Positions 1 through 12,570 of a DNA stretch of 64,000 nucleotides are shown here, in pieces. The notes below the pieces were generated by a model. It was not told the DNA's origin and did no database searches. It was given only the letters and a program-made list of their open reading frames with translations. The stretch is from the NCBI RefSeq assembly GCF_964204645.1, contig NC_134028.1, positions 17,553,653 through 17,617,652 on the forward strand. Direction: 5' to 3'. The DNA comes from Tubulanus polymorphus (lineage: Eukaryota; Animalia; Nemertea). Made by a program: the position numbers and the translations under genes. Position 1 is the first letter of the stretch. Each line of letters begins with the position of its first letter.

Positions 1-1110
1 AAATAATATGTTCGGCAGCAAAGTTAATAATGTTTCCTGCAGATTTCAATATAAAACCAACAATTGATGCAATAACTCCTGGAAATGCTGCAGCAGATTT
101 TTTAGATAGTTCCCATAAATATTTTGCTAATTTCTTTAAACCATCCTTAACTTTATCTTGTATAGAATTATTATTATCTGGGGGTTTATCCGGTTTATTG
201 GGAGTAGGAGTAGATTTCAAAGCATTTGATATTGCTAAACCAATTGTTGTAAATAACATAGTTATAGCTGTTAGAATTGATAGAATTGTTATTCCTTCTA
301 ATTTGAATAATAATCTTATTCTATCTTTCAATGATATTTTAGAATCTGGTTTTATCAACAAATCTTTAAAAACATCTTTTAATCTTTTAAAATTATTACC
401 AAATTCTTTTAATAATATATCTCTTTCACCTTTCAGTACTTCTAAATTATCTTTTAAATTATCAATTTCTTTTTCTAAACGGAATTCTTTTTTTTCCTAT
501 TCTGTTCAGAAGTTGTTTCTGTTTCTGGATTATCATCGATTATTTTAAATAAGTCATCAATTTTTTGACTAAATACTCTTATATTATCATCTCTTTCTTC
601 TTCTGTAACATCAGTTATTTCGTTACTAATACTTATTCTCTTAATTCTAAATGTTTCTAAATTTTTCAAAGTTGATTCCGCTAATATTTTATTTAGTTTT
701 GTCTTTTGATTAGTGATATCAATATAATAATCACCATCCAAACGATAATAATATTTACCTTTAAAAAGTTTTAATTTTTGTACTAAATATCTGGCGCCTC
801 TATCATTTATATTATATCCAGAATCTTAAAATACACGTTGAAAATCATCCATAAAATCAATATTTTCTAAATCTTCCTTTGATAAACCTGGAATTAAATT
901 TTCATGAGCTATTCTCGATCTATTTTTTCTAATATATTCCTCTGTTGATGGGGCTTTAGAACCACTATCTGCTAAATTAGAATTATATGCTGATTCATTA
1001 TCATTAACAATATTAGTATCAGCAGTCATATAATCATCATTGTTAGTATTGACATCATCATTATTTCCCATGTTTTCCATTCCAATATCTTCTACACCTT
1101 CTACATCCAT
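1..1110 (-). pseudogene. Coiled-coil protein with C-terminal membrane helices (copy A, fragmented)
   Basis: ORF pieces 826-1110 and 475-741 plus the SAAAFPGVIASIVGF-type tail; homologous to 13890-15338 and 58690-60243. Confidence 0.75.
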
Positions 1111-1126
1111 TTACATAATAAAAAAA

Positions 1127-2451
1127 TTAAAATTTGAAATATAATATTCCTCCGATTACAATTCCTATACAAGTTAAAGCTAATTTAGCATTTTCATGGG
1201 ATTTATTATCATCATTTAGTTTAATTATTTCATGTTGAATATTATCAGTTTTTATATTTTCTGATGTATTGTAATCTTTTATTTTAGAATCATTATTTAA
1301 TTTAATATTATTAGTTTTAGTTTCTGTTGATTGAATATGTTTTTTATTTTTTTCACCTTCCATTAATTTTGGAGCAGTAATAATCTTTTTATTTATATCA
1401 TTTAATCCAAATGAATTATTTATTGTTGCAGTTTTAATTAGATTATTATAACCAATTATGTTTCCCATCTTTAATACTAAATCATTAGAAATAATTAATA
1501 GATTAGGGCCTATACAATAATTTAATCTAATATGTGATTTATCTAGATAATTTTGATATCTTACAATGTTTTCCGGAATCGATCTATTTTTATCATTATG
1601 AATTGAATCTTCAAATAATACATTGAATTTTTTCTGCGCATCGAATGAAGTGTTATCATTTCCAAGTATTGGGGATCTTGTTTCAAATTGCGCACCTAAA
1701 ATACAAATTAAATAAGTTCTAATAGATTGATTTATTCTTTGTATTCCAGCTTTAGTAAAACCTTCACTATTTTCTAAAATGAAATTAACCCAACCATTAT
1801 TGTTTTGTTGTTGTATATTATTATAATATTTTGGTAATTCATTCCAATTTAGTGTTCTTATATCTGAATTTGTCATTATTTTTCCAAATTCTTTAGTTTA
1901 TAATATTCCTAATCCACTCATTGTTCCAATTTTTGCTCTAAAATCTTTATTTGAATTAATATTAAATTCATTACATATTTTATAAAGCTTAGAAAAATTA
2001 ATATTATTATTCAATTCTTTAAAATATTATGAACCTGGTAAAGGACATTCTAATTCATCTAATATTAATTTTATTTAAAATATGTATGAAATCTAAAAAG
2101 TGATAACATCAATGGTAATTTTTGTTTGTTTAAATGATCATTCCAACTAATTCCACATCCTGTTGTTGCGCAATAAACAGCAAAATTTAATTGGTTCTGC
2201 CAATACTTCATATTAGATTTTAATAACCATTGTTTTGCCTCATTTAAATATTTAAAATTAATTGTATACACATAAAATATATTTTCCATCTTAACATGAA
2301 AATTATTACTTTCAGTAACATAAATATATAAATCAATTAATGAATTTAAAACTTCATTTCTATATGAAATATCTTTATTAAAATCTATTGCTGGAATATT
2401 ATATTTAATTGATTTATTATATTGGAAAGCTTTTGGAAAACTATCTGCCAT
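1127..2451 (-). pseudogene. Polinton conserved ~440-aa protein with C-terminal TM helix (copy A, frameshifted)
   Basis: ORFs 2071-2451 and 1127-1876 match the two halves of intact ORF 15355-16680. Confidence 0.85.
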
Positions 2452-2467
2452 TTATATAATTAAAAAA

Positions 2468-3926
2468 TTAATAATTTATTAATTCTTTTAATAATTTATC
2501 TTGTTCTTCAACTGTTATATGACCATTTAAACTTATTATATAATCTAGTGTATTCTTTAATTTATTAATTTCTTTTATATTAGTTTTAATTTTTTCTTTA
2601 TTACTTTTTATATTTAATTTTGAACTTATACCGGTTAAAACACTTGAACTTAATCCTAATACGCCAATTGATATAGCTAAAGGTGTTAATGGACTGAATA
2701 TTGCTAGAAATGTTATTACAGAACTAATTGTAACCGAACCACTTATAATCAAATAATATATAATTTTAGATTTTAAATATTTTTTCTTTTTAACTTTTAA
2801 ATCATTTTCGAATTCTGATATTTGTTTTTCTTAATATGTTTTTAATTTAGTTTTATTTATATCATGAGGAATAATATCAATATTATCAACTTTATCTTCC
2901 ATTTATTTAGCAAAAAAAATTACTAATTAGTAAACTTATACGCTACAAATATAAGAATAACAGTTCCACCTAAATCCATATTATTTCATATTTCTTCTGT
3001 TCATTACTTGGGGTATAATAATCTGATATTGTAGGTTTATGTAGATGTAATTTTTCTTTATTTGTTACCGCGTTATATAAACTCATTGCATCATCAACTG
3101 ATTGAAAATCTCTATGTGAAATCTTCTGATCATATAATTCCTTGTTAATATAATCCATATAGTTTTGTCGTTTTTCTCTGTATTCTTCTGCTGCTTTATT
3201 GTATTTCTCTAATGCTAAATTATGTCTTTTTTGTTCTGATAATGAACCATTTTTACCAATATGCTTAAATAAATATCCGCCACCAGTAAATGCTAAAGCG
3301 TTAACAATTGCCGATCCTATAAAAGTTATAACTGCAGAAGCCATTTATTTAGTAAAATAATTACGCATTTATATGGGAGGAATATATTTTTGTTTTTCTA
3401 AATAATCAATAGTTAAATTAGATAAAGTAACTGCTAATGTTAATTTCAAAATATCATTTATATCAAATCTATCAACATTAACACTTCCCATTTTGAATAC
3501 TTTTTTAAATACCATTGAATAACCAACAGTTCCAACTGATAGTAATGCTCCATTATATAATCCAGTTATTATCCACTTATTATCACTCATTTATTTATCA
3601 AAAAAATTACTATCATCAAAATATTTAGTTAACTTATTTATGATTAATTCAACATTTATTTCATTACTACTTTTATGATTATCATATATTTTGGATAATA
3701 TGTTTTTAATATCATCAATAATTCCATCTTCATTTAATTCATAATATTCTAAAGGTGATTTAATTAAATCAATTACTTTTTCTATATTATAATTTTCTTT
3801 ATTAATCATTGATGCATTGTTAAATGATTTACTTTTTATATCAGTAATTACATCATTTAGTTTCATTTCTTTACCATGTTTAAAATCAAACCAAAAACAT
3901 ATACTCGGTCCAACAGTTATATTCAT
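2468..3926 (-). other. Block of four small Polinton genes (2468-2902 disrupted, 2970-3344 truncated, 3369-3590 intact, 3591-3926)
   Basis: One-to-one homologues of 16670-18165 and 61538-63015; each starts in TAAATG. Confidence 0.85.
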
Positions 3927-3943
3927 TTATATAGTGAAAAAAA

Positions 3944-4701
3944 TTAATCTCTACATCTTATAACTAATTCATAAATTACAGGGAAATTATTTAAATCAAT
4001 TAAGTATCCATTGTGATTTCTAATTTCTTGGCTAAAATTATTAAAACGAGGAATGTAGGTTTGAAATCACATTCTGTTAAATTATAATTTATTTGCGTTC
4101 CAAATTCTTTAACATTCTTCAATGGTAAAATGTTTAGTAAACCAGAATTACAAGTTATATCTTTAGTTGCTTCGAATGTTTTTGTAGGATCGATTAAATT
4201 GCAATAGATATAAAAGTGTGTAAAAGGTATTAAGTTTGGTGTAGCATCAATATTTGTAAAAGATTTATCTGGAAGAATTCCTAACAGTTTAGCTATAGGT
4301 TTTTTTACGATAAATGCATGTTTTTCACTATTAGACAACCTTATCTTTATTTTGTCAGTACTCTCACTTTTTAAAAATCTAATATTAAACCCGGAATTAT
4401 TACCTGACTTGTGCCAGGCTTTTCTATTAATTTCTTGTGCCAATGTATCTAAATTATATAACCCCGGTTTTTAATGTATATAGGCCCATTCATTTTTATT
4501 TTTATTAAAAATTAAAAAGGCTCTATGTTCAACAGTTTTATTCGATATATTGTAAAAAGAATTACATAAACTTATATTAACTAATTTTAAATCTACACAA
4601 TTTTTATATTCTCTATCTAATTGTACTAGTAAATTATGAGATTTATAATTTGTAAGCCTTCAAGAATCAACAAATATTCTGTATTCTTTTAATTCTACCA
4701 T
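3944..4701 (-). pseudogene. Minor capsid (penton-like) protein, copy A, disrupted
   Basis: Homologous to 18182-18939; FTHFYIYCNLI and LLNILP motifs; stop and frameshifts. Confidence 0.7.
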
Positions 4702-4789
4702 TTATTTTACATATTTTCTTATTCGAAATCTATTTCATGGTGCCCTTTTTCATTCTTACCTTTGTATACGAAATAGAAATCTCCAGAAC

Positions 4790-7700
4790 AGTTATATTCA
4801 TTTGTCTAATTCTTTTACCATTACTAACTAACTCAATATCATTTCTATTTCTAATATTTTCACAAGTCTTAGCATAGAATGCATTATTCATTAACTTGAA
4901 GAAATCTTTCTCGAAATTAGTTTTAGCTTCAGTTCTTTATTTGGTGTTAAAATCTATATATTTTTCTAACCACTTAGATTGATTGAATGAAATATATCTA
5001 TGTACTTTTTTTAAAACCATTCCTTGTTTTAGATAAAACTTTAACATTCTATAATGTACTACATAATTATATTTATCTTCTTGAGTTACCATTAATTTTT
5101 CTGTATGAATATGATTTTCGGGTTTAATTCTTTTTTGGTAATTTGATAATTCTTCATGAGTTAAGTTTTATGTTCGGGACAGTATGCTAGATTTCTAGAT
5201 TTAAATTTAATATGTTCAGGATATTCTAAATCTACAACAAAGAAGTAACCAGTATCGGAATCATCTGCAATATCTAGAATTCTTTTCTTCCAATCAAATT
5301 TATCATTATTTTCATGTTGTGAAACTTCAGTTAATTCAAATACTCCATAAGGTTGTGGTTCCATCATTGCCCAACCATACAAATTATTTGCATCTATATA
5401 TAATAACTTATATCCAAGGTTATCATTTACATTGAAATATCTATCACCTAATACACCTGAAACACCTCCTCATAGATTTTTCAAATAATAGTAATTGATC
5501 TATATTTGTTAACAAATCCATTTTTATATCTGTAAATTTTAAACCACAATCCCATGTTAATCCTGGACTTGAATAACAATGACAAGGATCAATGTTAAAA
5601 TATTTTAGGTTTACATCTCTAAACCTTTCGAATATATCGGTTAATAATAATACATCTGATTTTAAATATAAATCTACTAATTGTCCATGATTTTCTGTTT
5701 TGAAATGATTCCAAATATTCAATGTTCTATTATATACTTCATCTTTAACATATTCATTTTTTTAATTCATCATAGAATTGTTCTTTTAATAATTCAGTTA
5801 TATTGAAATCATTATGTGATTTATAAAATGAATATGGAATTGCGCCTTTATATCTCATTAATTGAAAATCATCATTATTTGGGTATTATTCTTTTAATAT
5901 TTTCAATTCATCATCAACTAATGATTTTGATAAGTTATCTAATGAACTATTTAAAAATCTATATGAATCTATAAATCTTAGGCAACCAAATTGGAATGAT
6001 ATATAATTCTCAGATGTTTTAGCTAACATTATAAATTTATAAGTTGGTATTTTATCTTTTGATCTATTTGAATTTAATATTTCTATTTCATTATTAATTT
6101 CTTCTATTTTATAACATAACTGTTTGATGAATAAATGTTCATCATATCCTGATAGATTATGAAATATAACTGGTACAAAATTAATTTTCTTAGCTTGTAA
6201 GTTACAATTCTCATGTGCAGCGCCTCTAAACTTTCCACTCAAATGATCATGGTCTTTCACTTTTTTATCTCTAAAATTAAATATCTTTTCACAATAATAA
6301 CATTTATCTGCAAACTCAAATGCTTCTTTATCTTCTTCTGTCATTATAATTTCTATATTCTTATTTAACTTTTCATTAAATCTTATTTCATATTCAATTA
6401 ATAAGTCACAAAAATGATTGATAACATTTTCATTTCTATAATCATAATATTCACTTTTAATTAGTTCTGGATAATCAGATTTAATATATAACCCGAAAGC
6501 AGCAGCAGCTGATTGATGAATCTTTTTAATTGTATTTGTTATTGGTGGTTCATCTGAAAAATCATTTTCATTAGAATTTAATTTCTTTCTCTTATAATAT
6601 ATTCCTTTTCTATCTTGATCAGTTAGTTCTTTATTTAATGATTCAAAATCTCCATATATTACAAATGGTACTTTATTTTTGTAATCATATTTTTTGAATT
6701 CTAATATTTTATCCTTTTCATTTGGTAAAACTAATTTACAATAATCATGATTTTCACATAATTGTTTATGATTTAATAATGTACTTTCATTACTGAATCT
6801 ATGTAAACATTTTCTACAAAGATATATTTTATGGTGATCATTTTCTGATTTAAAAAATAAATCGATTTGTTTAATCCACATATAATGATTCTCATAATAT
6901 AGTATATCTATAACATCGTTTTAATCATAATCTTTTGATAGATATAAAGGTTCTAATGTATAATGTTTTATATTGTTACCTTTTGTATTTGGTAATTTGA
7001 TTAAATCAAATACATGTATCTTTATATTATTATCTCTTTCTATTTTTGGGATGTTTTTAATTATAACAGGATACTTATCTATCTTATAATTATTTTCAAA
7101 TTGTTTATAATTTGTTAATCTATAAGTATGTTTATTATAATCTTCAATTGGGTGTAAACAACTTATAATTGTCCATAGAAAACATTTATCATCTTCATTT
7201 TGTACATTTATTACAGCATTAGTTTTAAATGGTAGTTTAATATAACTCGATGCTTCAATATCTGGTTCTTTATAATATGATACATTATTTTCATCAATTG
7301 GTTTTGATTTAGTTAACTTATTATATTTTGTGTTATAAACATGTTAAGTCATAAATATTATCTCATCAAATATTAAACCAGACCCTTCAGAATATTTCTC
7401 TTCTATTTTAGTTTTTACTTCATTATAACATTTATCTAATTTATCATCTATATGTTGTTTAGATATAATATGTTGTGAATGAGAATTTATATTATATATT
7501 GGTTTATCTTCAGATTTTATAAACTTTACTTTAGAAGATATACTTATTTTAGGATATTCAACATCTGTAATTATTTTCATTATTTCTTTCATATTTTCTA
7601 AATGTTTTTCATTTTCTTCTAATGTTTTTCCTTTATGAAATTTAAACTCGATAGCTGCTGGACCAATATCACTTTTAAATGCTTCGGTTATCTATATGTC

Positions 7701-8102
7701 TTTTTTATTATCTAATGAATTAATATAATTTCTTACATCTTCCATGTATGGTCTTTTATTGTTTAATTTATTTTTTATGTTTTTAATTGTCTTCTGTTTC
7801 TTATCATTATCTTCATCAAAATAATCTTCACCTAAAATATCATTATTCTTATTTCTAATATGACTTTTAGATTTTAAATGTTCTTTATAATATCTTTTAT
7901 CACTGAATGATTGATTACATGTATCACATTTATATATTTCTTTTTCATTCTTTAATTCATCTAATTTAGATTCTAATATATCATCTTCATATTCTAGTTT
8001 CAATTTATTCTCTAAATGTGTTTTAGTTTTATTGTGTCTTGATTTTTGGGATTTATCTATATTGATATTACATGTTGGACAGTAGTAATTATTTGCTTCC
8101 AT
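4790..8102 (-). pseudogene. Protein-primed DNA polymerase B, copy A (fragmented, C-terminus deleted)
   Basis: ORF pieces match 20484-24527 (YGDFES, DHDHLSGKFRGAAH, FHNLSGYD, YLKSDVLLL); at ~4790 the sequence jumps into the tail of the downstream small gene. Confidence 0.92.
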
Positions 8103-8308
8103 TTTAATACTAAATTTTTTATTAAAATTGATTTTAGAAGTTCAATGATTTATATCATGTATTATTTCAATCACACTTTACTAACACTTTTAATGTTTAA
8201 AAATCTAACTCATACAAATATAAATATTGAAATAATGTTGTAAATATATACTTTTATATTGAGTAATCTGTCAATTTAAATGTTATTCATTTATATGATT
8301 ATTTTAAG

Positions 8309-8718
8309 AGTAACAGGGGTAATGGGCTGTCAGGTTAGAGGTTGAATGGTCGAGTTCATTAAAAACAAATAGTAAAAGTAATTTAAAACTATAATATATT
8401 TTCATAACCGTGTGTATTTCAGTTGAATAATAGAATAATTATTATTATTAAAATATATTTGATTATATGAATTTGTGTATTGTAAATAAATCAATTGTTC
8501 GCGGAGCGGAGCGGTCGCGGAGCGGAGCGACCAATTGATTTAATACAATATGCTTTTAAAATTAAAATTATTAATATCTTAGAATAAATATTTAGTTATA
8601 ATATAAAATACACACGGTTATGAAAATATATTATAGTTTTAAATTACTTTTAATGTTTTGTTTTTTAATGAGCTCGACCCTTCGACCTTTGGCCTGAAAG
8701 CCCATTACCCCTATTATT
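8309..8718. repeat. Bipartite inverted repeat (~110-bp outer arms, ~25-bp inner arms, GCGGA direct repeats in the centre)
   Basis: AGTAACAGGGGTAATGGGCT...CATAACCGTGTGTATTT (8309-8419) is the reverse complement of 8606-8718; inner TATTGTAAATAAATCAATTG..CGC pairs with GCGACCAATTGATTTAATACAATA; the left half recurs at 24734-24932. Confidence 0.92.
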
Positions 8719-9048
8719 CAAATTAAATGGGCAAGAGAATTAGGTAAAAGATCTTCAGAATTAAAATAAGCTAAGAAAAAGAAATTAACTGATATAAATG
8801 AATCACAGACTTTATTTGATATTAATTCAAATAATAATCCATCTAATTCTTCTAATGCTGGAAGTAATTATAAATTATATATTACAATTGGATTAGTAAC
8901 AGTTATTATATTATCCGGTGTAATATATAAATCAAAATTCAAATCTGATGATAAAGATGATTCCAATGACAATAAACCTATTATACCAGAAAATAAGTCA
9001 AATCATAAAGCCATTGAAACTAAATCTAAATTATTATTAATTGATTAA
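8719..9048 (+). pseudogene. Small single-TM Polinton protein, lacking an in-frame start, one internal stop
   Basis: Frame QIKWARELGKRSSELK*AKKK...LYITIGLVTVIILSGVIY...LLLID*; abuts the inverted-repeat arm. Confidence 0.5.
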
Positions 9049-9054
9049 AATTAG

Positions 9055-10134
9055 ATGAAAAAAGAACAATATTTAAGAGATTAATATAATAACCCAGAAA
9101 GTGAAGTATCATATTCTAACGTTTCAGAATTATGGAATAAAATTAAATCTGATAATGAAAATATAAAATATAGTGAACTAAGATTATGGTTACAAAATCG
9201 ACCAACATATCAAATACACCTGAAAATGGATAAAACTTATTTAACAAGAAAAGTTATGGTTTCATATATTGATCAACAATGGCAAGCAGATTTAATTGAC
9301 ATGAAGAACTTAGAGGAATACAACAAAGGATATTTCTGGATACTGAATGTTTTAGACATATTCAGTCGATACGCATGGTCAATTCCAATCAAAAATAAAA
9401 CTGGTATAGAAGTGACAAATGCTTTTAAATCAATATTTAAAGAAGCTATTCCAGATAAGATACAATTTGATGAAGGTAAGGAATTTTATAACAAACATTT
9501 TAAAAAACTATTATCCGATAACGATGTAGACTATTTTTCAACACACTCAGATAAAAAAAGCATCTATTATAGAAAGATTTAATAAAACATTGAAAACTAG
9601 AATGTGGAAATATTTTACTGCTAATGAAACATATAAATATATCGATGTATTAGATGATTTAGTGAAAGGTTATAATAATTCTAAACATAGTTCTATAAAT
9701 ATGAAACCTATACAAGCTAGAAAAGAAGATAATTCAGAAATAGTTTGGAATAATTTATATGGAGCGTTTGTTACACATGATTTCGGAGAACCTAAATTTA
9801 AAATAGGACAACACGTTAGAATATCTAAATATAGAAAAACATTTTATAAAGGTTATACCCCTAATTGTACAGAAGAAATATTCAAGATTAAAAAGATGAT
9901 ATTAACTAAACCATTTGTTTATAAATTAGAAGATTTAAAAGATGAAGAAATATTAGGTTATTTCTATGAACAAGAATTATCACTTGTACCAAATCCAGAT
10001 GAAATAGAATACAAAATAGAAAAAGTATTGAAAACAAAAACTCTTTAAAGGAAAAAAGTATTCTTTGGTGAAATATAAAGGATATGATGATAAATTTAAT
10101 GAATGGATTTTATCTAGTAAAATTAAAAGAATAA
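9055..10134 (+). pseudogene. Retroviral-type (rve, DDE) integrase with C-terminal chromodomain
   Basis: WQADLIDM, LDIFSRYAW, IQFDEGKEF, then (after a frameshift in the A-run at ~9552) ASIIERFNKTLK; tail YKIEKVLK...LVKYKGYDDKFNEWI; early stop at ~9082. Confidence 0.92.
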
Positions 10135-10746
10135 ATGAATAAAGATTTATTTATATTCGAACCGCATAATATGTTAGTTACTGGAGTAACCAATTGTGGT
10201 AAAACACATTTCATATTAGACTTGTTAGAAACTATTTATAAGAATCATTTTGATAATATAATATTATTCTGTCCTACTTATGAAATGAATAAAACATATA
10301 ATAGAGATATAGTTAAGATAAAAAAGTTTATTATATTAGATCCTAAAACAGTAAAAGAAAATTTAGATAATTGTATAGAAATAGCAATTGATACTTATAA
10401 AGGATCAAATACATTATTCATTGTAGATGATTGCGCTAATTTACATGATTCAAAAGTTAGAGAAAGTGAGTTATGTTATCTAGCTTTCTCTGGAAGACAT
10501 TTTGGGATAACAACATGGGTTTTAAATCAAAAATATAATTCAATTGTTAAAGACTTTAGGGAGAATATAAGATTTCTAGTTTTATTTTATAACAAAGATA
10601 AAAAATCTATGCAACAATCATTGGAAGGAAATCAAATTATACCTACTGAATTACATGATGAATATATGAATAAATTAAAGAATAATAAAGGTTCAAAATT
10701 ATTACTGAGACTACAATTTCCCTATGAATATAAATTTATAAAATAA
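10135..10746 (+). CDS. A32-like (FtsK/HerA superfamily) DNA-packaging ATPase
   Basis: Walker A GVTNCGKT, Walker B LFIVDD, SGRHFGI motif; uninterrupted 203 aa. Confidence 0.92.
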   Translation: MNKDLFIFEPHNMLVTGVTNCGKTHFILDLLETIYKNHFDNIILFCPTYEMNKTYNRDIVKIKKFIILDPKTVKENLDNCIEIAIDTYKGSNTLFIVDDCANLHDSKVRESELCYLAFSGRHFGITTWVLNQKYNSIVKDFRENIRFLVLFYNKDKKSMQQSLEGNQIIPTELHDEYMNKLKNNKGSKLLLRLQFPYEYKFIK

Positions 10747-10763
10747 AATTTATAATTTGGAAT

Positions 10764-11388
10764 ATTATAGAAACTAATTTATATATCTATGTACTAGACG
10801 TACGTAAGAATCCAAGATTCTTGCTAAGAAAGTAAGAAAGTAAGAATTCTTACCAAGATTCTTACGTACGTCTAGTATATAAATATATAAATTAGTTTTA
10901 TAATAATTATTCTAAATTTAAATTATAAAAATGAATAAATTATATGTTTTCTCTTAATAAAAATAAAAATAGATTATATTATAACTATTTCTATACTTAG
11001 ATTAATAATTTATGTTTTTAATTTTTATAAAAACTAAATTATATATCTATGTACTAGACGTACGAGTAAGAAAGTAAGATTCTTACCAAGAAAGTAAGAT
11101 TTTTAGATTCTTACGTACGTCTAGTATATAGATATATAAATTTTTAAATGAATTGTATAAAAATGAATAAATTATATGTTTTCTCTTAATAATAATAAAA
11201 ATAGATTATATTATAACTATTTCTATACTTAGATTAATAATTTTATGTTTTTAATTTTTATGAAAACTATTGTATATATATCTATGTACTAGACGTACGA
11301 GTAAGAAAGTAAGATTTCTTGGATTCTTGGATTCTTACTCGTACGTCTAGTATATAGTTATATAAATTAGATTTATAATAATTATTCT
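10764..11388. repeat. Three tandem ~240-bp units, each with a long hairpin
   Basis: TATATCTATGTACTAGACGTACG...CGTACGTCTAGTATATA stems at ~10781-10890, ~11040-11139 and ~11275-11365, separated by a duplicated ~100-bp spacer. Confidence 0.92.
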
Positions 11389-11467
11389 AATTTTGTTTCT
11401 AATATATCTATAAAATCATCTCTGTTTATATCTAATTCACCAAAAGTCTTAGGTAGATTTATTAATT

Positions 11468-12570
11468 TTAATTGAGCCATCTTAACATAATAATTATTAT
11501 ATTACCTTTTTCTCTTAATTTTTCTAAGTATTCATCAAAATCATCATTATCAAAATCCAAAATGTATCCAAAATGTTTTATCAGATAACTTAAATCAATT
11601 TTTCTTAAATATAATAATTTATATATTTGTTTAGGATTATCTTCTGCATAAGCTAATAATTTATCAAATAACAACTTATAGAATATATAATATTGGTTAG
11701 TTTTAGGATTAAAATATCTGATATATTTATTTGGGTTATTTAACAATGGTATCATACTCACCATTTTATAAACATTAATTAGATGTAACTTTGATTTATA
11801 ATGAGTATTTTCATCAACAGGTTCAATTTTCTTATTACAATATTGGCACATTTTATTTCTTTCTATTTCTTCTAATTTCTTTTCATGTTCTTCTAACTTC
11901 CTTTCATTTTCGATATGCGCTTGAGATTTTTTATGTTTAGAAAAATTACTTTTAGAAATATCTTAATCCCGCCATCACAAATGTTACAATGTTTTTTAGA
12001 ATCATCAATTGTTTCATTATCATTAGTTTCAATTGTATCAACATTATCTGTTATATTATCCATGGTATCATTTGTTTCAATTGTATTAACATTATCTATG
12101 ATATTATCTATTATATTATTATCAGATATATTATTATCATTATTATTCTTTTCTTTTTCTATATGTTTATTTGATTTCTTATGTGATGCCCAATTTTTAT
12201 ATGATATATATTTCTTACATACATCACAATATTTTTCATTTGTCTTTTTGGTTTTGATATCAGGTTCAATCTTATCATTATAAGATGTAGTAGGTATTAC
12301 ATTATTAGATGTAGAAGGTATTACATTGTTAGATGTAGAAGGTATTACATTATTAGATGTAGAAGGTATTACATTATTATCAATTACATTACTTAAATTA
12401 TCAACAACACCACTTTTATTATTATCTATTTCTATTAGTTTAGTTTTATAAATTTTGAAAATAGGATCAAATATCAAAGCTATATTACAAGGTATTACAT
12501 AATATAAACCATCATTATTTTCATGTGCATCGATGTATGGAATATGTTTATATACTTTACCTCCTTCCAT
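11468..12570 (-). pseudogene. Multi-Zn-finger protein with NNVIPSTS repeats (probably one gene, frameshift near 11955)
   Basis: CDVC..H..H, CNIC..(H..H in the shifted frame) and CQYC..H..H fingers across ORFs 11893-12570 and 11468-11851. Confidence 0.65.

Larger units (their letters stand above)
1..8515 (-). mobile_element. Polinton/Maverick copy A (partial, runs off the left edge, decayed, internal deletion)
   Basis: Colinear and highly similar to 13970-24932; same gene order from the coiled-coil membrane gene to pPolB; many frameshifts and stops. Right boundary is provisional (centre of the 8309-8718 palindrome). Confidence 0.9.

Noticed and set aside
30-548. Plus-strand ORFs 30-548, 13895-14209, 58694-59143 and 11915-12283
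   Set aside because: Antisense shadows of minus-strand Polinton genes.
10800-11340. Baculovirus late promoters (GTAAG repeats) in the hairpin loops
   Set aside because: They lie between convergent gene ends, not upstream of any ORF.
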